From the NCBI GenBank assembly GCA_047602405.1, contig JASGHJ010000002.1:2400001-2464000 (forward strand): 64,000 nucleotides of DNA, written 5' to 3'. The stretch is from Anaeromyxobacteraceae bacterium (lineage in GTDB: Bacteria; Myxococcota; Myxococcia; Myxococcales; Anaeromyxobacteraceae). Of this stretch, positions 54,244-64,000 are shown piece after piece. Under the pieces are notes generated by a model, which saw only the letters and a program-made list of their open reading frames with translations, was not told the DNA's origin and did no database searches. Position 1 is the stretch's first letter; every line of letters begins with the position of its first letter. The translations under genes and the position numbers were made by a program.

Positions 54244-55406
54244 GCCCGGTCCTGCCCGGCGCGACGATCGGCTTCCTGGGCGGCGGCCAGCTCGCGCGGA
54301 TGAGCGCCATGGCCGCCCGCGCGATGGGTTACGGCGTCGCGGTGCTGGACCCCGACCCGGGCTGCGCCGCGGCCCCGCTCGCCGACCTCGTGATCGCCGC
54401 GGCGCTCGACGACGCCGCGGCCGCCGCCCGGCTCGCGGCCCGGAGCGCCGTCGTGACGTTCGACATCGAGCGCGTCGATCCGGCCGCGGCGAGGGCCGCC
54501 GCCGCCCACGCGCCCGTCCGCCCCTCGCCCGCCGTGCTCGAGCTCCTCCAGGACCGGGCGCGGCAGAAGCTCTGGCTCCAGGAGGTGGGCTTCCCGGTCG
54601 GCCCATGGCTCCCGGTCGCCGACGCGGCGTCCGCCCGCGCGGCGGTGGTGGCGCTCGGCCCGTGCCGCCTGAAGCGCCGCCGGGACGGGTACGACGGTCG
54701 GGGTCAGGCGCCGGCGCCCACGCCCGCGCTCGCGGCGGAGGCCCACGCGGCCCTCGGCGGGGCGCCGTGCGTGGCGGAGGCGGAGCTCGCGCTCGAGGCC
54801 GAGCTCTCGGTGCTCGTGGCGCGCTCGGCGGGTGGCGCGCTCGCCGTCCACCCGGCGGCGCGGAACTGGCACGAGGACGGGGTCCTCGTGCAGTCGGTGC
54901 TGCCGGCGCCGCTCCCGGAGCCGATCCTCGCCGAGGCGCGCCAGCTCGCGCTCGGCGTCGCGGCCGAGCTCGCGCTCGAGGGCGTCCTCGCGGTCGAGCT
55001 CTTCCTCGATCGGCGCCACGGCCTGCTCGTGAACGAGCTCGCGCCGCGGCCGCACAACACCTTCCACGCCGCCGGGGCGGCGTGCGGGGTCGGCCAGTTC
55101 GAGCAGCACGTGCGGGCGATCTGCGGCCTGCCGCTCGGCGATCCCACGCCCCACGCGACGGCGGCGCTCCTCAACCTGCTGGGCGAGGACGCGGCGGTGG
55201 CGCACGAGGCGCTCGCGGTGCCCGGCGTGACGCTGCACCTGTACGGCAAGGCGCCCCGCCCGCGCCGCAAGGTCGGCCACCTGTGCGCGGCCGCCCCGAC
55301 CGCCGAGGAGGCCCTCGAGCGGATCGCCCGCGCGCGGGCGATCCTCGGCTCGGCGAGGCGGCGAGGAGGGAGCGGCACGCCCGCCCGGTCGGACCTTCGT
55401 GTGTGA
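54240..55406 (+). CDS. purK: N5-CAIR synthetase (ATP-grasp)
   Basis: GTG overlaps the purE stop; IGFLGGGQLARM, GYDGRGQ, ELSVLVAR, NELAPRPHN, QFEQHVRAICGLPLG, HLYGK…RKVGH. Confidence 0.94.
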
Positions 55407-55464
55407 GAAATGGACGTGCCTCGGCCCCGGTTGACCCACCAGTCCCCCTCCCGAGGTCCATCCG

Positions 55465-56285
55465 ATGCGCCGGAACCGAGTCCCCGCTCTCGTCGCCGCC
55501 TCCTCGCCTCCCCCGCCCTGGCCGGGCCCGCGTCGAACGGCACCGACCTCAACGGCACCGATCTCAACGGCGTCGAGCTCAACTCGGGCGTGCTCGCCGG
55601 CTCGCACCTCGACCTGCACCTCGAGGGCAGCGCGCTCGTGGGCGTCCGCGCGAACGGCACGACGGCCACGGGCGACCAGCTCGTGGACATGAAGCTCGCC
55701 GGCTCGACGGTCGGCGGCGAGCCGGTGAACGTGCGCATCGACGGCTACACGCGGTCGGGGGACGTCTCCCGCTACCTCGTCAGCTTCCGGAGCGACCGCA
55801 CGACCGGCCCCTGGCAGCCGGTCTGCCCGGGCGGCGCGTACGCGATCGCGCTCGAGGGGTCCTGGAACGCGGACGGGTCGAAGACCCGCGATCCTTCGGT
55901 CGTCACGTTCGCGTGCCCCGGCGGCGCGCTCGTGAAGTGCGTCGACCTCGGCTACGCCCCCTGGCGCTCGACGGCGGGCGGCACCTCGCTCGACGCCACG
56001 CACCAGGCCTGCACCCGCGCGATCCGCGCCGACTACTGCGGCAACGGGAGCCCCTACACGCAGAACGGCAACACCATCGACATCTACGACGCGCTCGGCG
56101 TCCAGGCCGACACCGAGGAGTGGCTGCCCGAGGCGGAGTGGGACGAGGCCGGCGCGTCCTGCATGAGCGGCGCCGCGACCCGCGCGCAGGTGCCCGTGAC
56201 CTGCCAGGCCGAGAAGCTGGATCTCGCCTGCGGTCAGCCCGGCCGCGAGGGCCCCGGCCGGCTCGTCGTCACCGAGCTGCCGTGA
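55465..56285 (+). CDS. Secreted ADYC-domain protein with N-terminal pentapeptide repeats; probable -1 frameshift at ~55500
   Basis: NGTDL-NGTDL-NGVEL; TFAC..GA..KC..LGY.PW; HQACTRAIRADYCG.G. Adding one C at ~55500 yields the signal peptide MRRNRVPALVAALLASPALA. Confidence 0.8.
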
Positions 56286-59200
56286 CGTCCGCGCAGACCC
56301 GGAAGCCGACCGTGAGGTCGCGCAGCGTCGGCTCGACCACCTCGCGGTTCTCGGCCCGGGCGCTGCTCGTCGAGAAGTAGTAGGAGCCGCCGCGCGCCAC
56401 CGGGGAGGGCCCCGCGCGCGCGGCGGTCAGCTCCCACACGTTCCCCGCGAGGTCGAGCACGCCGAACGGGCTCGCGCCCGAGGGGTGGGAGCCGACCTCG
56501 TCCGGGCCGAAGGCGCTCGGGACCTTCGCGTAGGTGAGGTCGAAGTCGGCGTCCTCCGGACCGAGCGCGGCGCCCGCCGGGTAGGCCCGCCCGTCCGCGC
56601 CGCGCGCCGCGCGCTCCCACTCGTCCTCCCGGCACGGGCGCGCGCCGGGCACGCGGCCCGTCCCGGACAGCCACCGGGTGTACGCGAGCGCGTCCTCCCA
56701 GCTCACGCCGGACACCGGGAAGCGCCGCCAGTCCTGCACGGCCCTGCGCGCGCGCCCCAGGTAACGGATGGTCTCGCCCTCCCCGGCGGCGTAGCGGCGC
56801 TCGGTGGGCTGGAGCTCGATGCGGTAGCGCCCGCGGGCGTCGAGCGACAGCCGGAGCCCGCCGTGGAAGCCCTTCGCCGCGACGCCGGGGGTCCGCCGCG
56901 CGCGCTCGGCGGGCGGGAGCGCCCGCAGGAACTCGAGCCAGGCGGCGTACGTCACCTCCGTCCTCGCGACGAGGTAGGCGCCGGTCCGGACCGGGTGCAC
57001 CGGCACGGTCTTGAAGAACTCCCGGCGCAGCGCCTCGTCGGCGCCGCTGCCGAACAGGAACTCGCCCGCGGGCACGTAGACGAAGCCCTCGGGGGTGGAG
57101 CCGGACGGCGGCAGCTCGAGCTCCACCCGCCGCCAGTCGCCCCGGGCGACCTTCACGGGCGCGCGCACCCGCTCGCGGCCCGGCGCGGAGAGCTCGAGCA
57201 CGTAGGAGCCCGGGAGCAGCACGAGCGGCTCCGCGGGCACCGCGCGCTCCTCGCCGCCGGGGAGCTCCCGCCACCGCGGTCCGCCGTCGTCGATCCGGAG
57301 GATCCGCACGCTCGCGCCCGGGACGCCGGGGCGCAGCTCGACGGAGCCGGGCCGTTCGTACCGCGCCCGCGCGCGGCCGCCCTCGTCGTGGAGCGCGAGC
57401 CGGCGCAGCGCCTCGTCGCGCACCTCGGGCCTGCCGTCGGCGTCGGCGCGCTCCGCCCGGCGCTCGAGCACGTCCGCGAGCAGCGACCGGGCCCGCCCGC
57501 CGGGGTCGAGCATCACCGCCGCCTCGAGCTCCTGCAGCGCGGCGCCCTCGAGGCGATCCCGGCCCGCGCGCCGGGCCCGCGCCTCCGCCCAGCGCGCCTC
57601 GCCGAGGACCGTGTCCCCGGCATCGAAGGCCTGGAACGCCGCGCGCGCGAGGTCCCGCTCCGCGTCGCCCTCGCGCTCCACCGCGGCGAGGTCCCGCTCG
57701 GCGCGCGCGAGCGCCTCCTCGAGCTTGTGCCGCTCCAGGGTGCGGTCCCGCAGGACGGCGCCGGCCCAGGTCGCGATCACGACGAGGGGCACCCCGAGGG
57801 CGGCCCCCCACCGCTCCCGCCGCCTTCGCCCGGCGTCGTCGCGGGACGCGGCCAGGAAGCTCCGCGCGGGCTCCCGCACCGCGGCGAGCTCGATCCCGTC
57901 CAGCTCGCCGAGCTGCCGGCCGCCCCAGAGCGCGTCGCGGGGCCGCCCGAGCCGATCCCACTCCCGCGCCGCGGCCGTGAGGCGCTGCTCCAGCGCCCGC
58001 TGCTCCGCGGAGTCCACGAGCCAGCCCGCCAGCGTCGCCCAGCCGTGGAGGAGCGCCTCGTGGGCGAGCTCGAAGACCGGCTGGCCCTCCCCTTCGCTCG
58101 CGAGCACGAGCCGCCCACGCACGAGGGCGTCGAGCGCCTCGCGATCGGCGGGCTCCTGCACGAGCTCCGGGTCCGTGCGCCGCGCCCGCGTGCCCTCCAG
58201 GGTGACGAGCCGGGTGAGCACGCGCCGGGCGCCGAGCCGGGCCTCCGCCGACAGGCGCGCGAGGACCCCGTCCCCGTGCCGCGCGAGCGCACCCTCGACC
58301 CCGCCGATCCGCTCGAGGGCGCGGAAGGTCAGCGTCGAGGCGCCGGCGTCGCGCGCCTCCCACAGCTCCGCGAGGGCGAACTGCAGGAGCGGCAGGCTGC
58401 CCCCGGCGGACGCCGCCGCGTCCACGAGGTGCTCGACGAGCACCTCGGACTCGAAGGTCACGCCGCGCGCGTGCGCGGGCCCCACCACGGCGTCGCGGAG
58501 CCCCTCCCGCGAGAGCGGCGCGAGGAGGAAGAGGTCGAGCTGGAGGTCGGCCCCGAGCCCGGGCAGCCCCGCGAGGCGGGTGAGGAAGTCGCTCCGCGCG
58601 GTCACGAGGACCCGGTCGCCGGCGCCGGAGGCCGCGAGCGCCGCCAGCACCTCCGCGAAGCGCTCCGCCTCCTCGCGCGCCGCGAGCGTGAGGAGCTCCT
58701 CCGCCTGGTCCACGTGGACGAGCAGGCCCGCGCGGGCGCCGAGCGCGAGCCGGAGGTGGCGCGCGGTGTCCGACGGCGTCCAGTCGGCCTCGAGCGACAG
58801 CGGCGCGGCCCCCTCGCCGAGGGCCTCCGCCAGCGCCTGGCGGAGCGCCAGGATGGGCCGGCCGCCCGGGACGAGCCGCGCGACGGACCACACCCGCCCC
58901 GGATCGATCGCGCCCTCGAGCACCTCCGGGACGACGCCCGCCGCGCAGAGCGAGGACTTCCCGACCCCCGAGTCGCCGGCGACCACGACGACCGGGCTCG
59001 AGCGCAGCCGCTCGAGCACCCCGAGGGTCTCGCGCGCCCTGCCGAAGAAGACCGCGCGGTGCTCGGGACCGAACGCGCGCAGCCCGCGGTACGGCGACGT
59101 CGCGGAGGAGCCCGCGGCGTGCGGGCGCGCGAAGCCGAGCTCGAGCGCCTCCCGGAACTCCTCGACCGAGGCGAAGCGGTCGACCGGGTCGAGCTGGAGC

Positions 59201-59970
59201 GCGCGGTCCACCGCGTCCGCGAAGGCCGTCGGCACGCCGGCCACCACGGTCGCGAGCGGGACCGGGGCCCGGCCGAGGCGGGCCGCCGGCAGCTCCGCGG
59301 CCGGAAGCTCCCCGTGCGGTGGGTACCCCGCGCAGAGCTCGTAGGCGACGGCCGCGAGCGCGTAGAGATCGGTGCGCCGGGTGGCGGGCTCACCCCGCCA
59401 GATCTCCGGGGCCGCGTAGAGCGGCGTGCCCACCACGCCCCGTCCGCCCTCGGGCGCGCCCGGCCCCCGGTCGAGCCGGGCGAGGCCGAAGTCGACGAGC
59501 TTCACCTCTCCGGTGTCGGCGAGGACGACGTTCGACGGGCTGACGTCGCGGTGGAGGACGCCGCGCCGGTGCGCGGCCGCGAGGCCGCGGGCCACGCCGA
59601 GGACGATCTCGGCGGCCTCCTGCCAGGGGATCGGCGGCGCGCGTTCGTCGATGGGCCGCCCGCGCACGAACTCGGAGACGAGGTACGGCACGCGCCCGAG
59701 CTGCCCGACGCGGTAGAGGATCGCGACGTTCGGGTGCTGGATGCGCGCTGCTGCCCGGGCCTCGGCGAGGAAACGCTCGAGCACGCCCGCCCTGAGCTCC
59801 CGGAGCAGGAACTTGATGGCGACCGGGCGGTCGAGCAGCGTGTCGTGCGCCAGGAAGACCCGCCCGCCCGCGCCGCGGCCGAGCGGCCGGAGCACCTGGT
59901 ACTCCTCGAACGCGGCCGGCGGCTCCCACGCTGCCCGCCCGAGCTCGGGCCCGGGCTCACCCAACGCCAT
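56269..59970 (-). CDS. Ser/Thr kinase - STAND-like NTPase - FGE/sulfatase-modifying-factor-like domain fusion protein
   Basis: LGRGAGG.V, AIK, HRDVSPSN, DFG, GTPLYAAPE; SPYRGL..F, Walker A GDSGVGKSS, DQAEELL, LPLLQFAL; EVT, EDEWERAARG, DLAGNVWE, GFRVC. Confidence 0.92.
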   Translation of the reverse strand: MALGEPGPELGRAAWEPPAAFEEYQVLRPLGRGAGGRVFLAHDTLLDRPVAIKFLLRELRAGVLERFLAEARAAARIQHPNVAILYRVGQLGRVPYLVSEFVRGRPIDERAPPIPWQEAAEIVLGVARGLAAAHRRGVLHRDVSPSNVVLADTGEVKLVDFGLARLDRGPGAPEGGRGVVGTPLYAAPEIWRGEPATRRTDLYALAAVAYELCAGYPPHGELPAAELPAARLGRAPVPLATVVAGVPTAFADAVDRALQLDPVDRFASVEEFREALELGFARPHAAGSSATSPYRGLRAFGPEHRAVFFGRARETLGVLERLRSSPVVVVAGDSGVGKSSLCAAGVVPEVLEGAIDPGRVWSVARLVPGGRPILALRQALAEALGEGAAPLSLEADWTPSDTARHLRLALGARAGLLVHVDQAEELLTLAAREEAERFAEVLAALAASGAGDRVLVTARSDFLTRLAGLPGLGADLQLDLFLLAPLSREGLRDAVVGPAHARGVTFESEVLVEHLVDAAASAGGSLPLLQFALAELWEARDAGASTLTFRALERIGGVEGALARHGDGVLARLSAEARLGARRVLTRLVTLEGTRARRTDPELVQEPADREALDALVRGRLVLASEGEGQPVFELAHEALLHGWATLAGWLVDSAEQRALEQRLTAAAREWDRLGRPRDALWGGRQLGELDGIELAAVREPARSFLAASRDDAGRRRRERWGAALGVPLVVIATWAGAVLRDRTLERHKLEEALARAERDLAAVEREGDAERDLARAAFQAFDAGDTVLGEARWAEARARRAGRDRLEGAALQELEAAVMLDPGGRARSLLADVLERRAERADADGRPEVRDEALRRLALHDEGGRARARYERPGSVELRPGVPGASVRILRIDDGGPRWRELPGGEERAVPAEPLVLLPGSYVLELSAPGRERVRAPVKVARGDWRRVELELPPSGSTPEGFVYVPAGEFLFGSGADEALRREFFKTVPVHPVRTGAYLVARTEVTYAAWLEFLRALPPAERARRTPGVAAKGFHGGLRLSLDARGRYRIELQPTERRYAAGEGETIRYLGRARRAVQDWRRFPVSGVSWEDALAYTRWLSGTGRVPGARPCREDEWERAARGADGRAYPAGAALGPEDADFDLTYAKVPSAFGPDEVGSHPSGASPFGVLDLAGNVWELTAARAGPSPVARGGSYYFSTSSARAENREVVEPTLRDLTVGFRVCADVTAAR

Positions 59971-60001
59971 CCCTCACCCATGGAGATGCCCGACCGCCGG
60001 A

Positions 60002-61552
60002 TCAATCGTCGGTGAGCCGGCGCGGCAGGGCGACCTCGAAGGTGGTGCCCTCGCTCCGCGACGAGCGCACGCCGAGCGTGCCGCCGTGCGCCTTCACGAT
60101 CTCCTGCACGATGTGGAGCCCCAGCCCGAGCCCGCCCGAGCCCGCCGGGCCGGCGCCGCCCGAGGGGCCGCGCCAGAAGGGCTCGAAGAGCCGGCCCATC
60201 GTCTCCGGGGAGATGGGGTTGCCGACGTTGTGCACGGCGAGGAGGACCTCGTCCGGCCGGCCCTCGACGCGCACGGTGACGGGCCCGTGCGGATCACCGT
60301 GCGCGAGCGCGTTGCCGGCGAGGTTCGTCACCGCCCGCGCGAGCCGGTCACCGTCCCAGCGGCCGCACGTGTCGCCCCGGAGCTCCAGCCGGAGCACGCG
60401 CGCCGGGTGGGTGGCCTGGAGGGCGGCGACCGCGTCCCGGGAGATGGCGCCCAGGTCGACCTCGGACGGCACCACGGCCAGCCGCTGCCCCTGGCGCAGC
60501 CGCGAGTAGTCGAGCAGGTCGTGGACCATCCGGTTCATCCGCTCCGTCTGCCGCACCAGCCGGTCGAGCACCCCCTGCTCCGGCGGCCGCGCGCCGCGGG
60601 CCTGGAGGAGCCGCGCGCTCATGAGCACGCTCGAGAGCGGGGTCCTCAGGTCGTGGCCGACCGTGGCGAGGAGCTGCTCGCGGAAGCTCGCCTCCTTCTC
60701 CAGCTGCTCCTCCATGCGGATGCGGAGCGTCTCGTCGCGGGTCATCAGGATGGCGCCGGCGGGTGCGCCGTTCGGGTAGCGCAGCGGCACCGCCGAGCCG
60801 GAGAGCCAGCGGACGCCCTCCCGCTCGGAGGGGACGCTCCACCGCTCGCCCTTCACGCGCTCGCCGTGCGCGGCGCGGTAGAGGAGCGACTGCTCCACCG
60901 GGATCCGGCCGTCGCCGCTCGCCGGGAGCCAGCGGCTCCAGGCCTCGTCGACCCCGCCCTGCCGCCGCGCCTCCTCGTTGAGCACCCGCGGCGCCCCGTT
61001 CTCGTCCACGACGACGATGCCCTCCCCGCTCTGGCGGAAGATCGCCTCGAGCATCTCGCCGCTGCGCGCGAGCTCGAGCTGCGCGAGGGCCTGGCGGGCC
61101 ATGAGCCGCAGGACCTCGAGCTCGTCCGGGGAGGGGTCCCGGGCCTCGAAGCCCAGCACCGAGAGCACGCCCACCGCGCCGGCCCGCTCGACGCGCATCG
61201 GGGCGCCCGCGTAGAAGCGCACGCCCGGCGGGCCGGCCACGATGGGCGAGCGCGCGAAGCGGACGTCCGCCCGGGCGTCCCTCACGACGAAGACGTCCTC
61301 GCAGCGGAGCGCGTGGGCGCAGAAGCTCTGCTCGGCGGGCACCTCCGAGCGCAGCTCGACGCCGACGGTGACCGGGTACCGGAGGAACTCTCCCTCGAGG
61401 AAGCCCACGAGCGCGATGGGGACGCCGAGGTCGCTCGCCGCGTGCCGCGCCAGCTCGCGGATGGCGCCGAGCACGTGGTCGTCGGCGCGCGAGAAGGTGC
61501 GGACGAGCGCCTCCTCGGGCGCGCGTTCGAGCAGCTTGGCAGGAGCGTTCAA
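60002..61552 (-). CDS. GAF/PAS sensor histidine kinase
   Basis: GGAGG + TTG start; SFCAHA…RFYAGAP GAF; GHDLRTPL H-box; NALAHG, GLGLGL, GTTFEV. Confidence 0.9.
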   Translation of the reverse strand: MNAPAKLLERAPEEALVRTFSRADDHVLGAIRELARHAASDLGVPIALVGFLEGEFLRYPVTVGVELRSEVPAEQSFCAHALRCEDVFVVRDARADVRFARSPIVAGPPGVRFYAGAPMRVERAGAVGVLSVLGFEARDPSPDELEVLRLMARQALAQLELARSGEMLEAIFRQSGEGIVVVDENGAPRVLNEEARRQGGVDEAWSRWLPASGDGRIPVEQSLLYRAAHGERVKGERWSVPSEREGVRWLSGSAVPLRYPNGAPAGAILMTRDETLRIRMEEQLEKEASFREQLLATVGHDLRTPLSSVLMSARLLQARGARPPEQGVLDRLVRQTERMNRMVHDLLDYSRLRQGQRLAVVPSEVDLGAISRDAVAALQATHPARVLRLELRGDTCGRWDGDRLARAVTNLAGNALAHGDPHGPVTVRVEGRPDEVLLAVHNVGNPISPETMGRLFEPFWRGPSGGAGPAGSGGLGLGLHIVQEIVKAHGGTLGVRSSRSEGTTFEVALPRRLTDD

Positions 61553-61650
61553 GGGGGCCTCCGGATGGTGATGAAGGTGAACCGGCGGCGGTGTGGGGCT
61601 TGTTCCCGGAGCCCCGTTAACCCCGGCGGCGGCTCGCGCGATGAGCGGGC

Positions 61651-62599
61651 ATGCGTCCCTCATGCTCGGCGGCATGCCTGGCGGCGGCCCTCCTCGCCTG
61701 CCGGGGCGGAGCCCGCCCGGATCCGGAGTTCCGGCCGGACGTCCGCTCGCCGGCGTTCGCCCGCGGGGCGGGCCCGCGCGTGGCCATCGACGCGGGTCAC
61801 CGGAACCGCCACACGCTCGAGGGCCGGTACGGCCCCCTCGGTGCGCTCCTCGCCGCGGACGGCTGGCGGGTGGAGCCGCTCCCGGGGCCCCTCACGCCCG
61901 CCGCCCTCGAGGGGGTGCGCGTGCTCGTGGTCGCCGGCGCGGCGGGGGAGGACGCGCTGCACCCCGCCTTCACCGAGGAGGAGGCCGCGATCCTCGAGGG
62001 CTTCGTGCGGGGCGGCGGCGGGCTCCTGCTCGTCGCCGACCACGTCCCCTTCGCCGAGGCGGTCCGCCCCCTCGCGCGGCGGTTCGGCGTCGAGCTCCTC
62101 GGGGGCGAGGTCCGGGATCCCGACCACCGCGAGCCGGGCACCCGCGATCCCTCCCAGCTGCTTCTTCACGCGCGAGGACGGCACCGTGGGCCACCACCCA
62201 ATCCTGGAAGGCCGCACGCCGGACGAGCGGGTGGACCGGGTGGTGACGTTCACGGGCTCCGCGCTCGCCGCGCCCCCGCCGGCGGCCCCGCTCCTCGTGC
62301 TGTCCCCGACGGCCGCGGACATGGTCGTCCAGCGGATCGTGGTCGAGCACGGCTGGCTCGACGACCGGACCCGCATCACGCTCCACGGGCCGGTGCCCAC
62401 GCGAGGCAACGCGCAGGCGGCCGCCGTCGAGGCCGGGCGCGGCCGGGTGGTCGTCTTCGGCGAGGCGGCGGTGCTCACGGCCCAGGTGGAGCGCGCCTCG
62501 GGCCGCTTCGGCCTCGACTGGCCCGGGGCCCACAACCGCCGGCTCGCGCTGAACGTCGTACGATGGCTCGGCGGCGTCTTGCCGGAGGACGGGAGATGA
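61651..62599 (+). CDS. DUF4350/GATase1-like lipoprotein with an apparent +1 frameshift at ~62162
   Basis: Lipobox LLAC; IDAGH.N.H, FVRGGGGLLLVADH; after the shift HPI..GR, TFTG, GRGRVVVFGE, N..LALN..RWL. Confidence 0.75.
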
Positions 62600-63063
62600 C
62601 GGGACCCTGGCTCGAGGAGACGGCGCTCGTCGTCGGCGTGCTCGCGCTCGCCGGCGCGATCCTCGCGCTCGCGTACCGGCTCGCCCGGCTGCGGCTCGAG
62701 CTCCGCCAGGAGCGCGAGCGCACCCTGCGCGAGCTCCTCGGGCGCATGGAGCCGCCGGAGCGGGCGGTCGCGTTCCTCGCCTCGCCGGAGGGGAGGGCCC
62801 TGCTCGGCGAGCCTCGCCCCGGCGACCGGGAGCGGCTCGCGGTGCGCGTCTTCCTCGGCGCGGGGGCGGTCCTCGGGTCGCTCGGGCTCGCGCTCGTCGC
62901 CGTGGCGGGCCTCGTCCTGCCCGGCGCCGGCCCCGAGGCCGACCGCACCACCACGCTCGCCTGGGGCGTGGTCCTGCTCGGGGTCGCGGCCGGCGCGGGC
63001 CTGCTGGCCGCCGTGGTGCGCGCCGGCCGGCGCGACGAGGGCGCGCGGCGCGGCGATGGCTGA
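62596..63063 (+). CDS. Hypothetical membrane protein (3 TM)
   Basis: ATG overlaps the upstream TGA; FLASPEGRALL motif; three hydrophobic helices. Confidence 0.7.
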   Translation: MTGPWLEETALVVGVLALAGAILALAYRLARLRLELRQERERTLRELLGRMEPPERAVAFLASPEGRALLGEPRPGDRERLAVRVFLGAGAVLGSLGLALVAVAGLVLPGAGPEADRTTTLAWGVVLLGVAAGAGLLAAVVRAGRRDEGARRGDG

Positions 63064-63535
63064 GCGGGATGGCTTCGAGCGCTTCCACGCCGCGGTGCGA
63101 CCGCGCCTGTGGGCCTGGCTGCGCCGGGTCGCGGGAGACGGCGCGCTCGCGGACGAGGTCGCGCAGGAGGCCTTCGTGAGGTTCCTCGACCGGGACGGGC
63201 TCGCGCTCCCGGAGGCCGAGCGGCGGCCGTACCTGTACGGGATCGCCTGGCGGGTGCTGGCCGATCTGCGGCGCCACGCGCGCAGGCACTCGCCCCTCGC
63301 GGAGGCGCCGGCGGAGACCACCGCGCCCGCCTCGCCCGAGGCCGCCCGCGCCGTCGAGGTGCTCGCCGCGCTCCCGGAGCGGCAGCGCGCGCTCCTCTGG
63401 CTCGCGCACGTCGAGGGGCTGAGCCACAAGGAGATCGCCGCCGCGCTGGGGCTCTCCCCCGGGAGCGTCCGCGTGCTCCTGCACCGGGCGCGGGCCCGGG
63501 CCGCGGCGCTCCTCGGAGGGGAGGACCCACCGTGA
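63056..63535 (+). CDS. ECF RNA polymerase sigma factor
   Basis: ADEVAQEAF, YLYGIA, LPERQR..L.L…EGLSHKEIA..LG…SVR..LHRAR. Confidence 0.92.
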   Translation: MAERDGFERFHAAVRPRLWAWLRRVAGDGALADEVAQEAFVRFLDRDGLALPEAERRPYLYGIAWRVLADLRRHARRHSPLAEAPAETTAPASPEAARAVEVLAALPERQRALLWLAHVEGLSHKEIAAALGLSPGSVRVLLHRARARAAALLGGEDPP

Positions 63536-63879
63536 CCGACGACCGCCTCGCGCGCGCCCTGCGCGCGCTCGCCGACGAGACCGTCGCGGCCGCCCCACCC
63601 GCCCCGCCGGCCGCCTGGCTCGCGCTCGCCGCGCGCCGCCGCGCCGAGCGCCGCGCGCGCGCCCGCGTGGACCGGGCCCTGCGGGCGGGCGGCCTCGGGG
63701 CCGGCCTCGCCCTCCTCGCGGGCCTCCTGCTCCACCCGCTCCCGTGGGCGCTCGCGGCGCCGGTGGCCCTCGCCGCGGCCGCCGCGGTCGCGCGGGCCTT
63801 CGCGCCCGGGCCCGCCCCCTGGCCCGACGATCTCTCGGGCATCACCTCGTCCGCGGCAGCTCCGCGTGGAACCGGCTGA
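63532..63879 (+). CDS. Small membrane protein, putative anti-sigma factor
   Basis: GTG overlaps the sigma stop; soluble N-terminus followed by two TM helices. Confidence 0.55.
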   Translation: MTDDRLARALRALADETVAAAPPAPPAAWLALAARRRAERRARARVDRALRAGGLGAGLALLAGLLLHPLPWALAAPVALAAAAAVARAFAPGPAPWPDDLSGITSSAAAPRGTG

Positions 63880-64000
63880 GCTCCTTCTGCACGGTCCACG
63901 CGCCGCCCTGCTTCACCATGTAGACGAGCGTCTGCGAGAAGCCGCCGTCCGAGCGCGCCTTCTCGGAGAAGAGGACCGCGAGGTCGCCCTTCGCGATGCC
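63842..64000 (-). CDS. C-terminal fragment of an unidentified protein entering from the window edge
   Basis: Open frame GIAKGDLAVLF…GAWTVQKELSRFHAELPRTR* with host-like codon usage. Confidence 0.6.
   Translation of the reverse strand, partial: GIAKGDLAVLFSEKARSDGGFSQTLVYMVKQGGAWTVQKELSRFHAELPRTR

Noticed and set aside
56485..60015. Long antisense ORFs (this one, 23355-26324, 6831-10154, 13069-15717, 44297-46954 and others)
   Set aside because: Mirror frames of well-supported genes, expected at very high GC3; no motifs.
61651..63063. Apparent 470-aa lipoprotein-membrane protein fusion
   Set aside because: Artefact of the frameshift at ~62162; two separate genes are joined by out-of-frame read-through.

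Overview
Very GC-rich bacterial chromosomal window. Gene content and codon style resemble Anaeromyxobacter or related Myxococcota (inference only). It holds about 60 genes. These include the 3' part of a FAAL-ACP-C-A-PCP-TE NRPS with its PPTase, several secreted hydrolases, two sensor kinases, glycyl-tRNA synthetase, a NikR-controlled nickel-uptake operon, a HUH (Y1/RAYT-like) transposase, a U32/RlhA-like protein, an HTH regulator / SbtA-purE-purK module, an ADYC protein facing a Ser/Thr kinase-nSTAND-FGE protein, and an ECF sigma operon. No rRNA, tRNA or CRISPR array was seen. The most notable observations are: (1) a bicarbonate transporter-purE-purK operon behind a 14-bp-periodic motif array and a divergent HTH gene; (2) a ~680-nt non-coding nested palindrome with compensatory changes (11538-12219); (3) a HUH transposase bracketed by perfect 21-bp direct repeats; (4) a Cys-nucleophile thioesterase on a Gly-specific lipopeptide NRPS; (5) a nickel operon with no adjacent NikQ/NikO in which every component starts with His; (6) six single-base frameshifts, five of them at GATC or CTGCT(T)CTTC, most likely sequencing errors that may reflect DNA methylation. 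All family calls come from motif recognition by eye; no database searches were run.
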